Assembly: GCA_963796965.1 (NCBI GenBank)
Contig: CAWCNS010000007.1
Span: 416,001 to 480,000, forward strand
DNA from: Calditrichia bacterium
GTDB taxonomy: Bacteria; Calditrichota; Calditrichia; JAJRVZ01
DNA length: 64,000 bases
Reading direction: 5' to 3'
Numbering within the stretch: position 1 is the first letter of the stretch; each line of letters starts with the position of its first letter. The translations under genes were made by a program, and so were the position numbers. The notes under the pieces were generated by a model that saw only the letters and a list, made by a program, of their open reading frames with translations, had not been told where the DNA came from and searched no databases. Below are positions 21,744 through 34,177 of this stretch, piece by piece.

Positions 21744-22778
21744 TAATTCTCTCTTTTCAGGTTTAAGGCTTTTTCTTTTCGTTTTACTTCCCGGCGCACT
21801 TTATTAAATTCTGCTTTGGCCCGTGAATGTTCTGCTGCCGTACGTGAAAATGTATGTTTTCCATCACCCTTGGCAACAAAATATATATAATTTGTGCTGG
21901 CAGGAAAAATAGCAGCTAAAATTGAATTTTTTCCCGGATTAGAAATTGGTCCGGGTGGCAGACCATAATATTTATAGGTATTATATGGTGAATCTATTTC
22001 CAAATCTTTATATAGTAATCTTCTTGGTGGACCGGTCAAAATATACTGAATTGTTGGATCAGCTTGCAATTTTATTCTACGACGCAAACGGTTATGATAG
22101 ACAGATGAGATCACAGCCCGCTCCTCATCAAAAATAGCCTCTCCTTCAATTATTGAGGCAAGAGTCAGAATTTCATGTACGGACATCTTCATACTATCAA
22201 TACGTGCCATAACTTCGGGTGTAAATATATCAAGGCACCGCTTCACAAGAAATGAAATAATACGCTTTTCATTCACACCCCAGTAAAAATGATAGGTATC
22301 TGGCAACAGATATCCCTCCAGGTTTTTCGCCTCAACACCCAGACTATTTATAAAACTTGAATCAACGTGTTAAGTCAATGAATTTTTCTTCACTAATCTG
22401 AAGATTAGATTGTAGTCTTTCCGCAATTTCTGAATTGCGCCAACCTTCAATTAACCTAACTTTTATTTCTTTTGATGATGCCCGCGATAAGAACGTAACT
22501 AATTGGGCATAAGTCAGGCCCCGCGGAATTTCATAATAACCTGCTTTAATTGACCGGTCTTTATCCATGGATGTTAACCACAGAGTAAACAACTCTTTGT
22601 CATCAATCAAATTCTTGCTGTAGAACGAATCAACCACAGTCCTTATGCTTGTCCCTCTCGAAATAATCAGAGGTACATGTTCCCTGCTTTCATCTATAAC
22701 CGGAACCCTAAAATAGTCGATTATAAAAATAACAAGAAATGGAATCAGAAGAGTGAGGAGGATAAGTATTTTTTTCAA
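21743..22778 (-). CDS. mltG: Endolytic transglycosylase MltG; one probable frameshift near 22364
   Basis: IKAGYY, LIEGW, LEGYLLPDTY (after removing one base), LASIIEGE, NRL...LQADPT, SPYNTY..GLPPGPI.NPG. Confidence 0.88.
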
Positions 22779-22784
22779 AATTAG

Positions 22785-23810
22785 TTACGTTATATCTACT
22801 GTAAATTTTTTAAGTTTATTTAATTTTTCCAAAGCCGCACCTGATAAAATGGAATTGCGTGCTTCCTGAACGCCTTCCCATATTGAGTTCACCTTTCCAC
22901 TGACCTTAATAGCCGCACCTGCATTTAGAAGAACCACATCCATAGCAGGAGAAGATACACCTTTCAGAACATCCATCAACATCTTCTTATTTTGTATTGC
23001 TGAGTTTGCCTGAATACGGTTCAGCGGTGCTTCGGAAATCTTAAAATTATCCGGGCGTATATGGTATTCATAGATCGATCCATCTACCAATTCACAGACC
23101 TTTGTTTGGCCACTTATTGAAATTTCATCAATTCCTTCAATGCCATGAACAGCCATCGCCTGAACCGCTCCCAGCTCTTTAAGTACTTCAACCATTAAAC
23201 GAACCAATTTAATATCATAAACACCAACCAATTGCCTTTTCGTTCTGGCTGGATTTGTAAGTGGTCCAAGTATATTAAAAATTGTTCTCGCGCCAATTTC
23301 TCTGCGTGGCCCCATAGCATATAAGGTAGAAGTTTTTAACTTCGGAGCGAATAAAAACGCAATGCCCACTTCATATAAGCATTCTTCCATTTTTTCAGGC
23401 GGAATATCAATATTTACACCTAAGGCAGTCAAAACATCAGAACTACCACACTTACTGGAGACAGAGCGCATTCCATGTTTGGCCACTGCCACACCTGCCC
23501 CGGCAGCAACAAATGCTGCTGCAGTGGATATATTAAAGGTATTGAGGGAATCGCCTCCCGTTCCACAGGTATCGACAATATTTTTATAATGGGATTTGAT
23601 ACGCGTCGCTCCGTCATTCATTGCCTCAACGGCCCCTGTTACTTCCTCAACGGTTTCTCCTTTTATTCGCAATGCAACCAAAAACGCAGATATTTGTGCC
23701 TCTGTCGCCTCTCCACGCATGATAATTTTCATGATCTTTTTGCTCTCATTGCGTGTGAGGCTCCGACCCTCGATCAGGTGATTTATGGCTTTTTGAATGA
23801 CGGTTGACAT
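22785..23810 (-). CDS. trpD: Anthranilate phosphoribosyltransferase family protein with atypical anthranilate-site residues
   Basis: DTCGTGGD, FNIST, AKHG.RSVSSKCGS, RTIFNILGPLTNPA and G.DEIS are present, but it reads KHGM instead of KHGN and FAPKLKTST instead of FAPxxHPAM. Confidence 0.75.
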   Translation of the reverse strand: MSTVIQKAINHLIEGRSLTRNESKKIMKIIMRGEATEAQISAFLVALRIKGETVEEVTGAVEAMNDGATRIKSHYKNIVDTCGTGGDSLNTFNISTAAAFVAAGAGVAVAKHGMRSVSSKCGSSDVLTALGVNIDIPPEKMEECLYEVGIAFLFAPKLKTSTLYAMGPRREIGARTIFNILGPLTNPARTKRQLVGVYDIKLVRLMVEVLKELGAVQAMAVHGIEGIDEISISGQTKVCELVDGSIYEYHIRPDNFKISEAPLNRIQANSAIQNKKMLMDVLKGVSSPAMDVVLLNAGAAIKVSGKVNSIWEGVQEARNSILSGAALEKLNKLKKFTVDIT

Positions 23811-23942
23811 GTGATCAGAACCTGGCTTTTATTATTTGTGTCATATGAGCGTCTATAGGTTTAGTTTTTTATTATTTTAAGATAATTAATACGATGTTCG
23901 ATGTTGGATCCAGGATAAATAAAGAAAATTTTTAGTCGCGTA

Positions 23943-24797
23943 TCATTCCTCGCCTGGATTTTTCTTAAATTCATCAATAATCTCAAGAATATCATACGCT
24001 TCTGGATAGTCATTTGAGATTTTTTTATGCTCTACATTTATTTCCCATGAATTATCATAGTTTGCTTCAATAACAGAGATTGCTTCTGAATCTTTTCCAT
24101 TACCCACGATGCAGACATCTCCCTCCCACCAGACGCCGCTTTCCTCATCATGTGCTATAAACAGTATATCTATATTCATATTTTGCCGGGCAAACTGTTT
24201 CGCCTCAGAAAGGTAGCCATGATAAACAACAATATTAAGTGACTGATTTACCAGATATTTGATTTTATACTCTGCCGGATCAAGTAGTTCAAGACTTGCA
24301 GGTTTTGGGATATAATCAAACGAATTTGGAGAGAGGATTGATGTAAAAGACACGCTATAAGGCCCATATTTTGCTTTTATAGGATTATTTTGACTATTTA
24401 AGGCATTTGATATGATCATCTTATCCTTCATGACGGATAAAACTCTCTGGTAAAATGAATCACCATCAATAAATATTTGGTCTCCCGGCACAACAAAATC
24501 ATAATCAAATTGTTGGTAGGCCTTAAACATAGCTTCATTTAATTCTTTGTAAGGATAATTATTAAAAAAATCACCCCCATCAATCATCAAAACATTGGCA
24601 TGGATCTTTTTATATGTATCTGAGATGTATTTGATTTTGCCGATACCACCCAAAGGCTTATCACCACAGCCGCAATTCTCTAAGGCTCCATTTACATTAG
24701 ATGTATAGATGATATAAAGAGGTTCAGCGCCTGACAAATGAGGTACAAGAGCAAGAAAATAAATTAAAATAAAGTGTCGATAATATTTTTGCAGCAT
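23943..24797 (-). CDS. Secreted UshA/5'-nucleotidase-like metallophosphoesterase-fold protein with CGC motif
   Basis: Signal peptide; YTSNVNGALENCGC...GG, IDGGDF, PGDQ (degenerate GNHE), VYH and AH motifs. Confidence 0.6.
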   Translation of the reverse strand: MLQKYYRHFILIYFLALVPHLSGAEPLYIIYTSNVNGALENCGCGDKPLGGIGKIKYISDTYKKIHANVLMIDGGDFFNNYPYKELNEAMFKAYQQFDYDFVVPGDQIFIDGDSFYQRVLSVMKDKMIISNALNSQNNPIKAKYGPYSVSFTSILSPNSFDYIPKPASLELLDPAEYKIKYLVNQSLNIVVYHGYLSEAKQFARQNMNIDILFIAHDEESGVWWEGDVCIVGNGKDSEAISVIEANYDNSWEINVEHKKISNDYPEAYDILEIIDEFKKNPGEE

Positions 24798-24818
24798 AGG
24801 TCTTAAAACTTTTTGTAC

Positions 24819-26093
24819 TTATCTAAATATAATTTGCTTCCTGTCAACTCCAACTGAAACATATTTCACCGGCACTGTTATAATTTTCTCGATATACTCA
24901 ACAAATAACCGGGCTTTTTCAGGCAAGCTCTCATATTGGCGACAATGATCAGTTGGCGATTGCCAACCTTGAATGGTCTCATAAACCGGCTCACATTCTT
25001 CCAGGATATCAGAACTTGCCGGAAAATTATCTACTATCTTACCATTTCTTTTATAATGTGTGCATACTTTAATTTCTTCAAATTCATCCAAAACATCCAA
25101 TTTAGTTAATGCATAGGCCGTAAAACCATTCAATCGGCCAGCATATCTCGCGGCGACGGCATCAAACCATCCACACCGTCTTGGCCGTCCAGTCGTTGCA
25201 CCAAATTCCCCGCCGGCTTTTCTTAGGGACTCACCAATATTGTTAATGTCCTCCGTGGGGAAAGGCCCACTTCCTACCCGTGTCGTATAAGCTTTAATAA
25301 CACCTATAATTTCTTCTAACGCCTGCGGTGGAAGACCCGATCCAGTTACGGCTCCGCCACTGGTCGGATTTGAAGATGTGACAAAGGGATAACTACCAAA
25401 ATCAATATCCAACAAGCATCCTTGTGCGCCTTCCAGGATCATCGAGGCACCTTCTTTCCAGGTCTCATATAGAAAGGCAGATGTATCACTGACATAAGGT
25501 TCAAGTTTATTTGCATAGTCAGAGAACTCTTTAAGAACCACACTTACCTTAATCGGAGGTTTTTTAAAATTATCTTTAAGTTCTTTGTTGATATGGCTTA
25601 GATTTTCCTCCAGCTTACTCTTTAAACTGGAATGGTTATATAAATCAATGAGCCTGATACCGGTACGATTGAATTTATCCACATAGGCAGGGCCAATTCC
25701 TCGACCCGTGGTGCCTATCTTTTTCATTTTTAAAGCTTCTTCATGCAGTTGATCAAGTAACTTGTGATAAGGAAATATTATATGCGCTCTATCTGAAATT
25801 AATAAGCGGTTTTCTACTTTTATCCCATTATCTGCCAGAAACTCTACTTCCTCAAAGAATGCAGTCGGATCAAAAACAACCCCATTGCCAATCACGCAAC
25901 GTACATCGGGCCTTAAAATGCCACCTGGTATTAAATGGAGAATATATTTTTTTTCATCAAAATAAACTGTATGCCCAGCATTTGCACCACCTTGATAGCG
26001 CGCAACAACATCAACATTTTCTGACAAAATATCAACTAGTTTTCCCTTGCCTTCATCGCCCCATTGGGCTCCAATTATGACTTTTACAGACAT
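24819..26093 (-). CDS. purA: Adenylosuccinate synthetase
   Basis: GAQWGDEGKGK, QGGANAGHT, GTTGRGIGPAY, EGAQG and GATTGRPRRCGW. Confidence 0.97.
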   Translation of the reverse strand: MSVKVIIGAQWGDEGKGKLVDILSENVDVVARYQGGANAGHTVYFDEKKYILHLIPGGILRPDVRCVIGNGVVFDPTAFFEEVEFLADNGIKVENRLLISDRAHIIFPYHKLLDQLHEEALKMKKIGTTGRGIGPAYVDKFNRTGIRLIDLYNHSSLKSKLEENLSHINKELKDNFKKPPIKVSVVLKEFSDYANKLEPYVSDTSAFLYETWKEGASMILEGAQGCLLDIDFGSYPFVTSSNPTSGGAVTGSGLPPQALEEIIGVIKAYTTRVGSGPFPTEDINNIGESLRKAGGEFGATTGRPRRCGWFDAVAARYAGRLNGFTAYALTKLDVLDEFEEIKVCTHYKRNGKIVDNFPASSDILEECEPVYETIQGWQSPTDHCRQYESLPEKARLFVEYIEKIITVPVKYVSVGVDRKQIIFR

Positions 26094-26386
26094 TTTTTTT
26101 GAATTCCTGTTTTTAACACGCAATAATGAAAATTCTGAATCGTTCTACGCAATTCGAAAATTACAAATTATTTTAGATTGGTGCACTAAAAATATAATTA
26201 AAAGTAGGAAAATAAAGGCACATTTCTTGATAATATTACAGGCGGCAAAGAGATAATTACGAACAAAAATATCTACAATTCTCACCATTTATGGAAAATA
26301 TCAGGTAGGTAAACCAGACTTTCAGAAACGAGAGGTAGAATTCGCACCTTATGCCCTGCCTCCCCCGGGAAGCAACTCAGCATTTG

Positions 26387-26728
26387 CTAATTATTAAGAG
26401 ACGTAACCGCTTCCTCAATCGAACCGCTCGTTTCAAAGATGCCCGAAAGTTTTGTAATTTTTAATAAGTTTTGAATCCTCTCCGAAACATTGGCCAATTT
26501 AAGGCGGCCCTGATTATTTTTAAGTAATGTTGCTGCCTGGATTAAAATCCCAAGGCCTGAACTGTTCATCCATTCCACCTCGTCAAGATCAATAATAATC
26601 TTTATTTTCTTTTCATCAATCAATTGATTGAATTTATCATTGATCTCTGTTGCCTCAGGCCCACCCATTATTTTTCCGGATAGAGAGAGAATAACAATGC
26701 CATTTTTCTCAGTAAGAGAGTAATTCAT
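26387..26728 (-). CDS. STAS-domain anti-sigma factor antagonist
   Basis: IIIDLDEVEWMNSSGLGIL motif; 113 aa. Confidence 0.9.
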   Translation of the reverse strand: MNYSLTEKNGIVILSLSGKIMGGPEATEINDKFNQLIDEKKIKIIIDLDEVEWMNSSGLGILIQAATLLKNNQGRLKLANVSERIQNLLKITKLSGIFETSGSIEEAVTSLNN

Positions 26729-26738
26729 AAGATAATCC

Positions 26739-27641
26739 TTATTTTGCTGAACCCCTTCTTAATTGCCATTCAACAACGAAAGGACTGGCAACAAAGATTG
26801 ATGAATAGGTACCAACTATAATACCGATAATCAAAGCAAAGGCGAAAGACCTGAGTACCTCACCACCAAAAAAGAACAATACTGTAACCACCATTAAAGT
26901 GGTTAATGAAGTAATAATCGTTCTGCTTATGGTCTCATTGAGACTTCTATTGACAACTGCTCCAAAACCACTGTTGTCTTTTTGCTTAACTTTTAAATTT
27001 TCACGAATCCGGTCAAACACCACAATTGTATCGTTTAGAGAATAACCTACAATTGTAAGAACTGCCGCAATGATTGGTGCAGAAATTTCAATATCTAATA
27101 TTGAAAACAATCCCAATGTTATAAAAACATCATGAAGCAGGGCCAAAATAGCGCCAAGAGCAAATTTAAACTCAAATCGCCACATAACATAAAAGAGGAT
27201 TAATACAATGGCCCAAAATATTGCTGACATAAAGTCAACAATGAGTTCTTTACCTATTTTAGGCCCAACTTTTTCCAATCGTTGTTCCACAAAAGGGTTA
27301 TCCGGCAGAGCTTCCCGTATGATGGGCTCAAATCGACTGGTTAGCTCATCCGCGCTTTGCTCCACACCGGCCCGGATCACAACTTCATTCGGGTTACCAA
27401 AATATTTTATTTCGCTATCACCATAGCCCTTTGAACTGAGAGCTTCTCTGATATCTTCAATTTTAACTTCTTTTTCAAATTTCAACTGAACCAAAGTTCC
27501 GCCGGTAAAGTCGATGTTATAGCGAAGTCCACCATGAAGTACCATTGAAATAATACCGGCAAGTATTAATAAACTACTAATAACAAAACCGATTTTTCTT
27601 GAACCTATAAAATTAATATTTGTTTTTGAAAAAAAGCGCAT
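26739..27641 (-). CDS. secF: Protein translocase subunit SecF
   Basis: IDFTGGT, VGPKIGKEL, ALLHD, GYSLNDTIVVFDRIRE and GTYSSIF. Confidence 0.95.
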   Translation of the reverse strand: MRFFSKTNINFIGSRKIGFVISSLLILAGIISMVLHGGLRYNIDFTGGTLVQLKFEKEVKIEDIREALSSKGYGDSEIKYFGNPNEVVIRAGVEQSADELTSRFEPIIREALPDNPFVEQRLEKVGPKIGKELIVDFMSAIFWAIVLILFYVMWRFEFKFALGAILALLHDVFITLGLFSILDIEISAPIIAAVLTIVGYSLNDTIVVFDRIRENLKVKQKDNSGFGAVVNRSLNETISRTIITSLTTLMVVTVLFFFGGEVLRSFAFALIIGIIVGTYSSIFVASPFVVEWQLRRGSAK

Positions 27642-27655
27642 TCCGTACAATCTCC

Positions 27656-29536
27656 CTAAATACTCAGTTCCTTTACCGTCCATTTTGATAACGCATAATC
27701 AAAGATCACACGCGTAACCACAATCGCCGTGAACATACTAGCTACAATTCCGATCATCATCGTTAATGCAAATCCTTTAATCGGCCCGGTCCCGAAGGTG
27801 TAAAGCACGATTCCAGCTATGAAAGTTGTCACATTAGCGTCAAGTATTGCACTAAATGCATTTCCATAACCCTGATCTATTGCCGATTTGACCGTTTTTC
27901 CTTTACCTAATTCTTCTCTAATTCTCTCAAAAATCAATACATTGGCGTCTACAGCCATACCTATTGTCAAAATAATGCCCGCAATACCCGGTAATGTCAA
28001 TGTCGCATTAAAATAAGCCATTACTGCCATTATAAATATAATATTTAGAGTAAGTGCCAAATTTGCCAGGCCACCCGACAATTTGTAATAAATGAGCATA
28101 AAAATGACGACCAGAACCATACCATACAAAGCAGATTGACTGCCACTAAGAATTGAATCCATACCAAGAGACGGCCCGACAGTTCTTTCTTCAATAATCT
28201 GAACCGGGGCTGGTAAAGCACCGGCACGCAATACTATTGACAAATCCTGTGCATCTTCCATAGTATCCATCCCGGTAATTCGGCTTCTTCCATCTCTGAT
28301 CTTTACCTGAATTTCAGGAGCTAAATAAACCTGATTATCAAGTACAACAGCCAGGCGTTTTTTGACATTTGCTCCGGTGACTCTCGAGAAGACACGGGCG
28401 CCATCATCATTCAAGGTAAAAGATACCTCAAACTTACCAATAGATGTCGGGTCCATTTGACTTCCGGCTCTTGGATCGGCCTCTGTTATTGTCTCACCTG
28501 TTAACTCAGATCTTTTATTTACGAGATACAACTCGTAGAATTGCCCTTGATACTCTTCCTTTACACCCCAGAGAAATTCAGCATCGCCAGCTTCATCCTG
28601 TATAATCTTTTGGATTTTCTCTAATTTTAACAACTCTTTAAACTTTTCGCGTTTATCAACGGGCACCATCAAAGTTTGCTGGTTGTTTGGATGAAGAAAA
28701 AAGAGATCTGCTTCAAACAATCCTGATTCACCGCTGGAATCTTCGCCTGCCGCAATAGCAGATTCTTTATCTGATCCGAACAATTCCTCCAGATTTACAC
28801 TGGAATCGGCCTTGGCTTTTTCTGATTCAGCTTCGCTGCTTGAATCCGATGGGGCAATCTTTGATTGAACAAATTCATGCATTTTTTCAGCGACAACTAA
28901 TGATACTTCCTGATCTTTCAATAAACGGAATTCCAATTTTGCTGTTTTGCCGATCAATTGCCTGACACGTGTGGGATCGGTAACCCCTGCCAACTCGATT
29001 ATAATCCTGTTTGTACCCTGTTTTTGAATAATGGGCTCTGCCACACCAAATTCATCAACACGATTAGTAAGGATCTCCTGGGCCCTGGTAACTGTTTCAT
29101 CATTCTGTTCCCGCAGATATTTTAATACATCATCCTCGGAACTCAATTCCCGGGATCCATAATATCTTACCAGCCTCGCTCCGCTCTCGTTTAACTTCCT
29201 ATTAAAAACAGTGATAAAATCCTCATCTGAATCGAGCACCTCAATCGCTGTGGCATCAAGCGCATCAGTAAATGCCTGATTTTTGTTTTTTGCTATCTGG
29301 CTTAACAACTCTTTTACATCAACTTCAAGGACCACATGCATACCACCCTGCAAATCAAGACCAAGGTTAACGGATTTGGATTTTAGATCTACTAATTCGT
29401 TCGGATTGTTTCTTTCCAACTGTTCAATTTCCGCTGAACTCATCTGCGTGAGTTTATATGTTGGGTATAATAAATATAATGAAAGTCCAAATACAGCGAG
29501 AATAATCACAAGTTTCATGGTAGTGCTGGACTGCAT
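27656..29536 (-). CDS. secD: Protein translocase subunit SecD
   Basis: LGLDLQGG, GVAEP, LRAGALPAP, VGPSLG and GMAVDANVLIFERIREE. Confidence 0.95.
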   Translation of the reverse strand: MQSSTTMKLVIILAVFGLSLYLLYPTYKLTQMSSAEIEQLERNNPNELVDLKSKSVNLGLDLQGGMHVVLEVDVKELLSQIAKNKNQAFTDALDATAIEVLDSDEDFITVFNRKLNESGARLVRYYGSRELSSEDDVLKYLREQNDETVTRAQEILTNRVDEFGVAEPIIQKQGTNRIIIELAGVTDPTRVRQLIGKTAKLEFRLLKDQEVSLVVAEKMHEFVQSKIAPSDSSSEAESEKAKADSSVNLEELFGSDKESAIAAGEDSSGESGLFEADLFFLHPNNQQTLMVPVDKREKFKELLKLEKIQKIIQDEAGDAEFLWGVKEEYQGQFYELYLVNKRSELTGETITEADPRAGSQMDPTSIGKFEVSFTLNDDGARVFSRVTGANVKKRLAVVLDNQVYLAPEIQVKIRDGRSRITGMDTMEDAQDLSIVLRAGALPAPVQIIEERTVGPSLGMDSILSGSQSALYGMVLVVIFMLIYYKLSGGLANLALTLNIIFIMAVMAYFNATLTLPGIAGIILTIGMAVDANVLIFERIREELGKGKTVKSAIDQGYGNAFSAILDANVTTFIAGIVLYTFGTGPIKGFALTMMIGIVASMFTAIVVTRVIFDYALSKWTVKELSI

Positions 29537-29729
29537 GAAAAAATAACCTCCTAAATAAATGTTAATTCAATATATAAAAAGCATAATTTAGACTTCAATA
29601 TTTCTAAAGTCAAACTAAATTTCGGTGTCTTATTATTAGTGAATATGATTGAAATCTGCATTATTTCTAATATTCTGAATCCCATATCCAATTCCGTGAA
29701 ACGCCGTTTCATTCCCTGGGTATAAAAAT

Positions 29730-31826
<2,097 letters not shown>

Positions 31827-31893
31827 TCATTTGATTTTTACTTATATTTTATTTCATCGATATAATAGTTTAGATCGAAAGATAATAATTTTT

Positions 31894-31970
31894 AACACGG
31901 AGTTCGCTGAGAGCGCAAAGAATCTATTTCAAATTTGATCATACTCGGCGCCCGCTGCGTTCTCTGCGTT
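31894..31970. repeat. Inverted periodic repeat element (AACGCAGAG/CGCAAAG type)
   Basis: aacacggagttcgctgagagcgcaaag ... ctcggcgcccgctgcgttctctgcgtt. Confidence 0.55.
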
Positions 31971-32013
31971 GAAGAAGCGTCTCTCACGATTCAAATGGAT
32001 TATGGAGTTTGCA

Positions 32014-34017
32014 ATGAAATTAGTCATAAGTTTAATGCTAATTATTTTAGTATTTATAGGATGTACTGAAAAAAGCACCTATGTATCCCTGCCGATGCAC
32101 TATCCATCTGCAAATAATACTATCTTTAATAATTTTACGACACATTCTGAATATGTTTCTATGTCGGATGGAGTAAAAATAGCCATAGATGTGTTCACAC
32201 CAAAAGAAGGGCCAGATCAACAACAATTCCCTGTTGTTTTAGCCTATACGCCATATCAACGATCTCAGATAGACCGGGAAACAGGAAAGATATCAGACCT
32301 CTCCTCAAGTGGATTGTCAAAACTTCTTTTGTCCCAGGGTTATGTCCTTGTCAGTGCCGATGTTCGAGGTACCGGTGCTTCTACCGGATGGTTGCTCGAT
32401 TTTATGCCTGAGATATGGTCAGATGGTAAAGAGGTAATAGACTGGATCGCAACCCAATCGTGGTGTGATGGGAATGTTGGCATGATGGGTGGCTCCTATC
32501 TGGGATGGTCCCAGACAGCAACGGCCTCCATGCAACCAAAAGCTTTAAAGTGCATCATGCCTGCCGTTGTCCCCCTGGAGGGTTATACAGGAGAAGTCTA
32601 TCCTGGCGGTATTTATCTGGATGGATTTATGAAAAGTTGGTCACAATACCAGTATCTAACCACCAGAAACTATTACACAAAAGACATCAAAGTGCTGACC
32701 AAACCGGTTATAGACGAAGATGGTGATGGCAATTTACTTGATGAGATCCCTCTTGATCTTAATGGAAATGGTACTTTTTTAGATGATGGTTTTCCTCCAA
32801 AATATAGTGACAAAAGCCAAAGAGATCATATATATTATAATCTCACAAAAGAGCATGATGACAAAAACTATGATTATACAGAATGGACCAGAGATGTTTA
32901 TTTTTATGATGCGGAGAGTCCACTTGGTTCTGCCGTCTATGAATTGGGGCCAACAGCACATGTAAAAGGTATTATGGATTCTAAAATTCCGGTATATAAT
33001 GTTGGTGGCTGGTTTGATGGTTTTGCCCGTGGTTCTTTTGAATTATTTGAGACAATGAAAGGTGCCAATCCGTCGAAAATAATCATGGGACCGGGATACC
33101 ATGATTATGCAGGAGGTCCATTTTGGAAGTATTTTAACATTTCAGATGAGGAAGCACGAAAGATCTATCACATTGAACACCTGCGCTTTTTTGATCGTTA
33201 TTTAAAAGGTGAAAATAATAAAATTGAAAACGAGCCTCCAATTCTTATTTACATAATGAATGGTAAGGGTTGGCGGTTTGAAAATGAATGGCCTCTTGAG
33301 CGACAAACACTCAAAAGATACTATCCGGGTTACGGCTACCGTCTCCTGGCTAATGTTGAAGAAGTGGGAACACAAAATTTTAAAAGTAATTTTTCACATA
33401 GTTCGGTCTATGGGGCAAATAAAGGAAATCGTTGGTTGGGTATAGCTGCCCATGAACCAGATTCACTTCCCTACAGAACCGAACTTGATAAAATATCTTT
33501 GGTATTTGATTCAGAACCACAAGTAAGTGATATGGAAGTGACGGGTCACCCGATTGCTAACTTATTTATCACCTCTTCTGCTGATTATGGCGATTTCTTT
33601 ATATATCTAAGTGACGTGGATGAAAATGGAAACGCCTTACTTGTTACAGAGGGGCAACTTCGAGCCGGTTTTGCCGCCTTACATGATAACGATATCATGA
33701 TTAAGACCCACTCTGGAATTGATGTATTGCCTGACCTCCCCTGGCATGGCTTTGAAAAAGAACATTATGAAGATGAAATTCTCGCAAACGGAAAGATTGT
33801 TGAACTAAAGATTGATTTCCACCCAACTTCCTGGGTGTTTAGAAAAGGCCACAAAATTAGACTGTCTATTGCCTGTTCTGATCATCCCACGTACAGACTA
33901 CACCCAAAATTAGCACCAAAAAATGATCCGAATGATCCGCAGAATACAGTTCCGGAAATCACTGTTCATTTTGGTCCGAATCATTCGTCCTTTCTTGAAT
34001 TACCTGTCATTCCGTAG
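32014..34017 (+). CDS. CocE/NonD family (S15) hydrolase, lipoprotein
   Basis: FIGC lipobox, YTPY, DVRGTGAS, GGSYLG nucleophile elbow, GGWFD and a PepX_C-like C-terminus (FRKGHKIRL). Confidence 0.85.
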   Translation: MKLVISLMLIILVFIGCTEKSTYVSLPMHYPSANNTIFNNFTTHSEYVSMSDGVKIAIDVFTPKEGPDQQQFPVVLAYTPYQRSQIDRETGKISDLSSSGLSKLLLSQGYVLVSADVRGTGASTGWLLDFMPEIWSDGKEVIDWIATQSWCDGNVGMMGGSYLGWSQTATASMQPKALKCIMPAVVPLEGYTGEVYPGGIYLDGFMKSWSQYQYLTTRNYYTKDIKVLTKPVIDEDGDGNLLDEIPLDLNGNGTFLDDGFPPKYSDKSQRDHIYYNLTKEHDDKNYDYTEWTRDVYFYDAESPLGSAVYELGPTAHVKGIMDSKIPVYNVGGWFDGFARGSFELFETMKGANPSKIIMGPGYHDYAGGPFWKYFNISDEEARKIYHIEHLRFFDRYLKGENNKIENEPPILIYIMNGKGWRFENEWPLERQTLKRYYPGYGYRLLANVEEVGTQNFKSNFSHSSVYGANKGNRWLGIAAHEPDSLPYRTELDKISLVFDSEPQVSDMEVTGHPIANLFITSSADYGDFFIYLSDVDENGNALLVTEGQLRAGFAALHDNDIMIKTHSGIDVLPDLPWHGFEKEHYEDEILANGKIVELKIDFHPTSWVFRKGHKIRLSIACSDHPTYRLHPKLAPKNDPNDPQNTVPEITVHFGPNHSSFLELPVIP

Positions 34018-34177
34018 ATTAATTAAGAATTATAATTATGAATTTTTGTTATTAAATGAAGGTCACCCATATAAGGACCCAAATATATGAAATTGATGGT
34101 ATTTATTATGACAGCGCTCTGTTTTACTTGTGATCTCGCAGGACAAGACCTTGCCCCGGTGGATGTGGTGGAGTGAT

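Noticed and set aside
23943..24797. Selenoprotein
   Set aside because: Both motif cysteines use TGC/TGT and there is no in-frame TGA.
26330..26386. GC-rich segment after the STAS gene as SRP RNA, a riboswitch or a small ORF
   Set aside because: No SRP CAGG..GGAAG.AGCAG core or purine-riboswitch motif was recognised; the 34-codon minus-strand ORF has no support.
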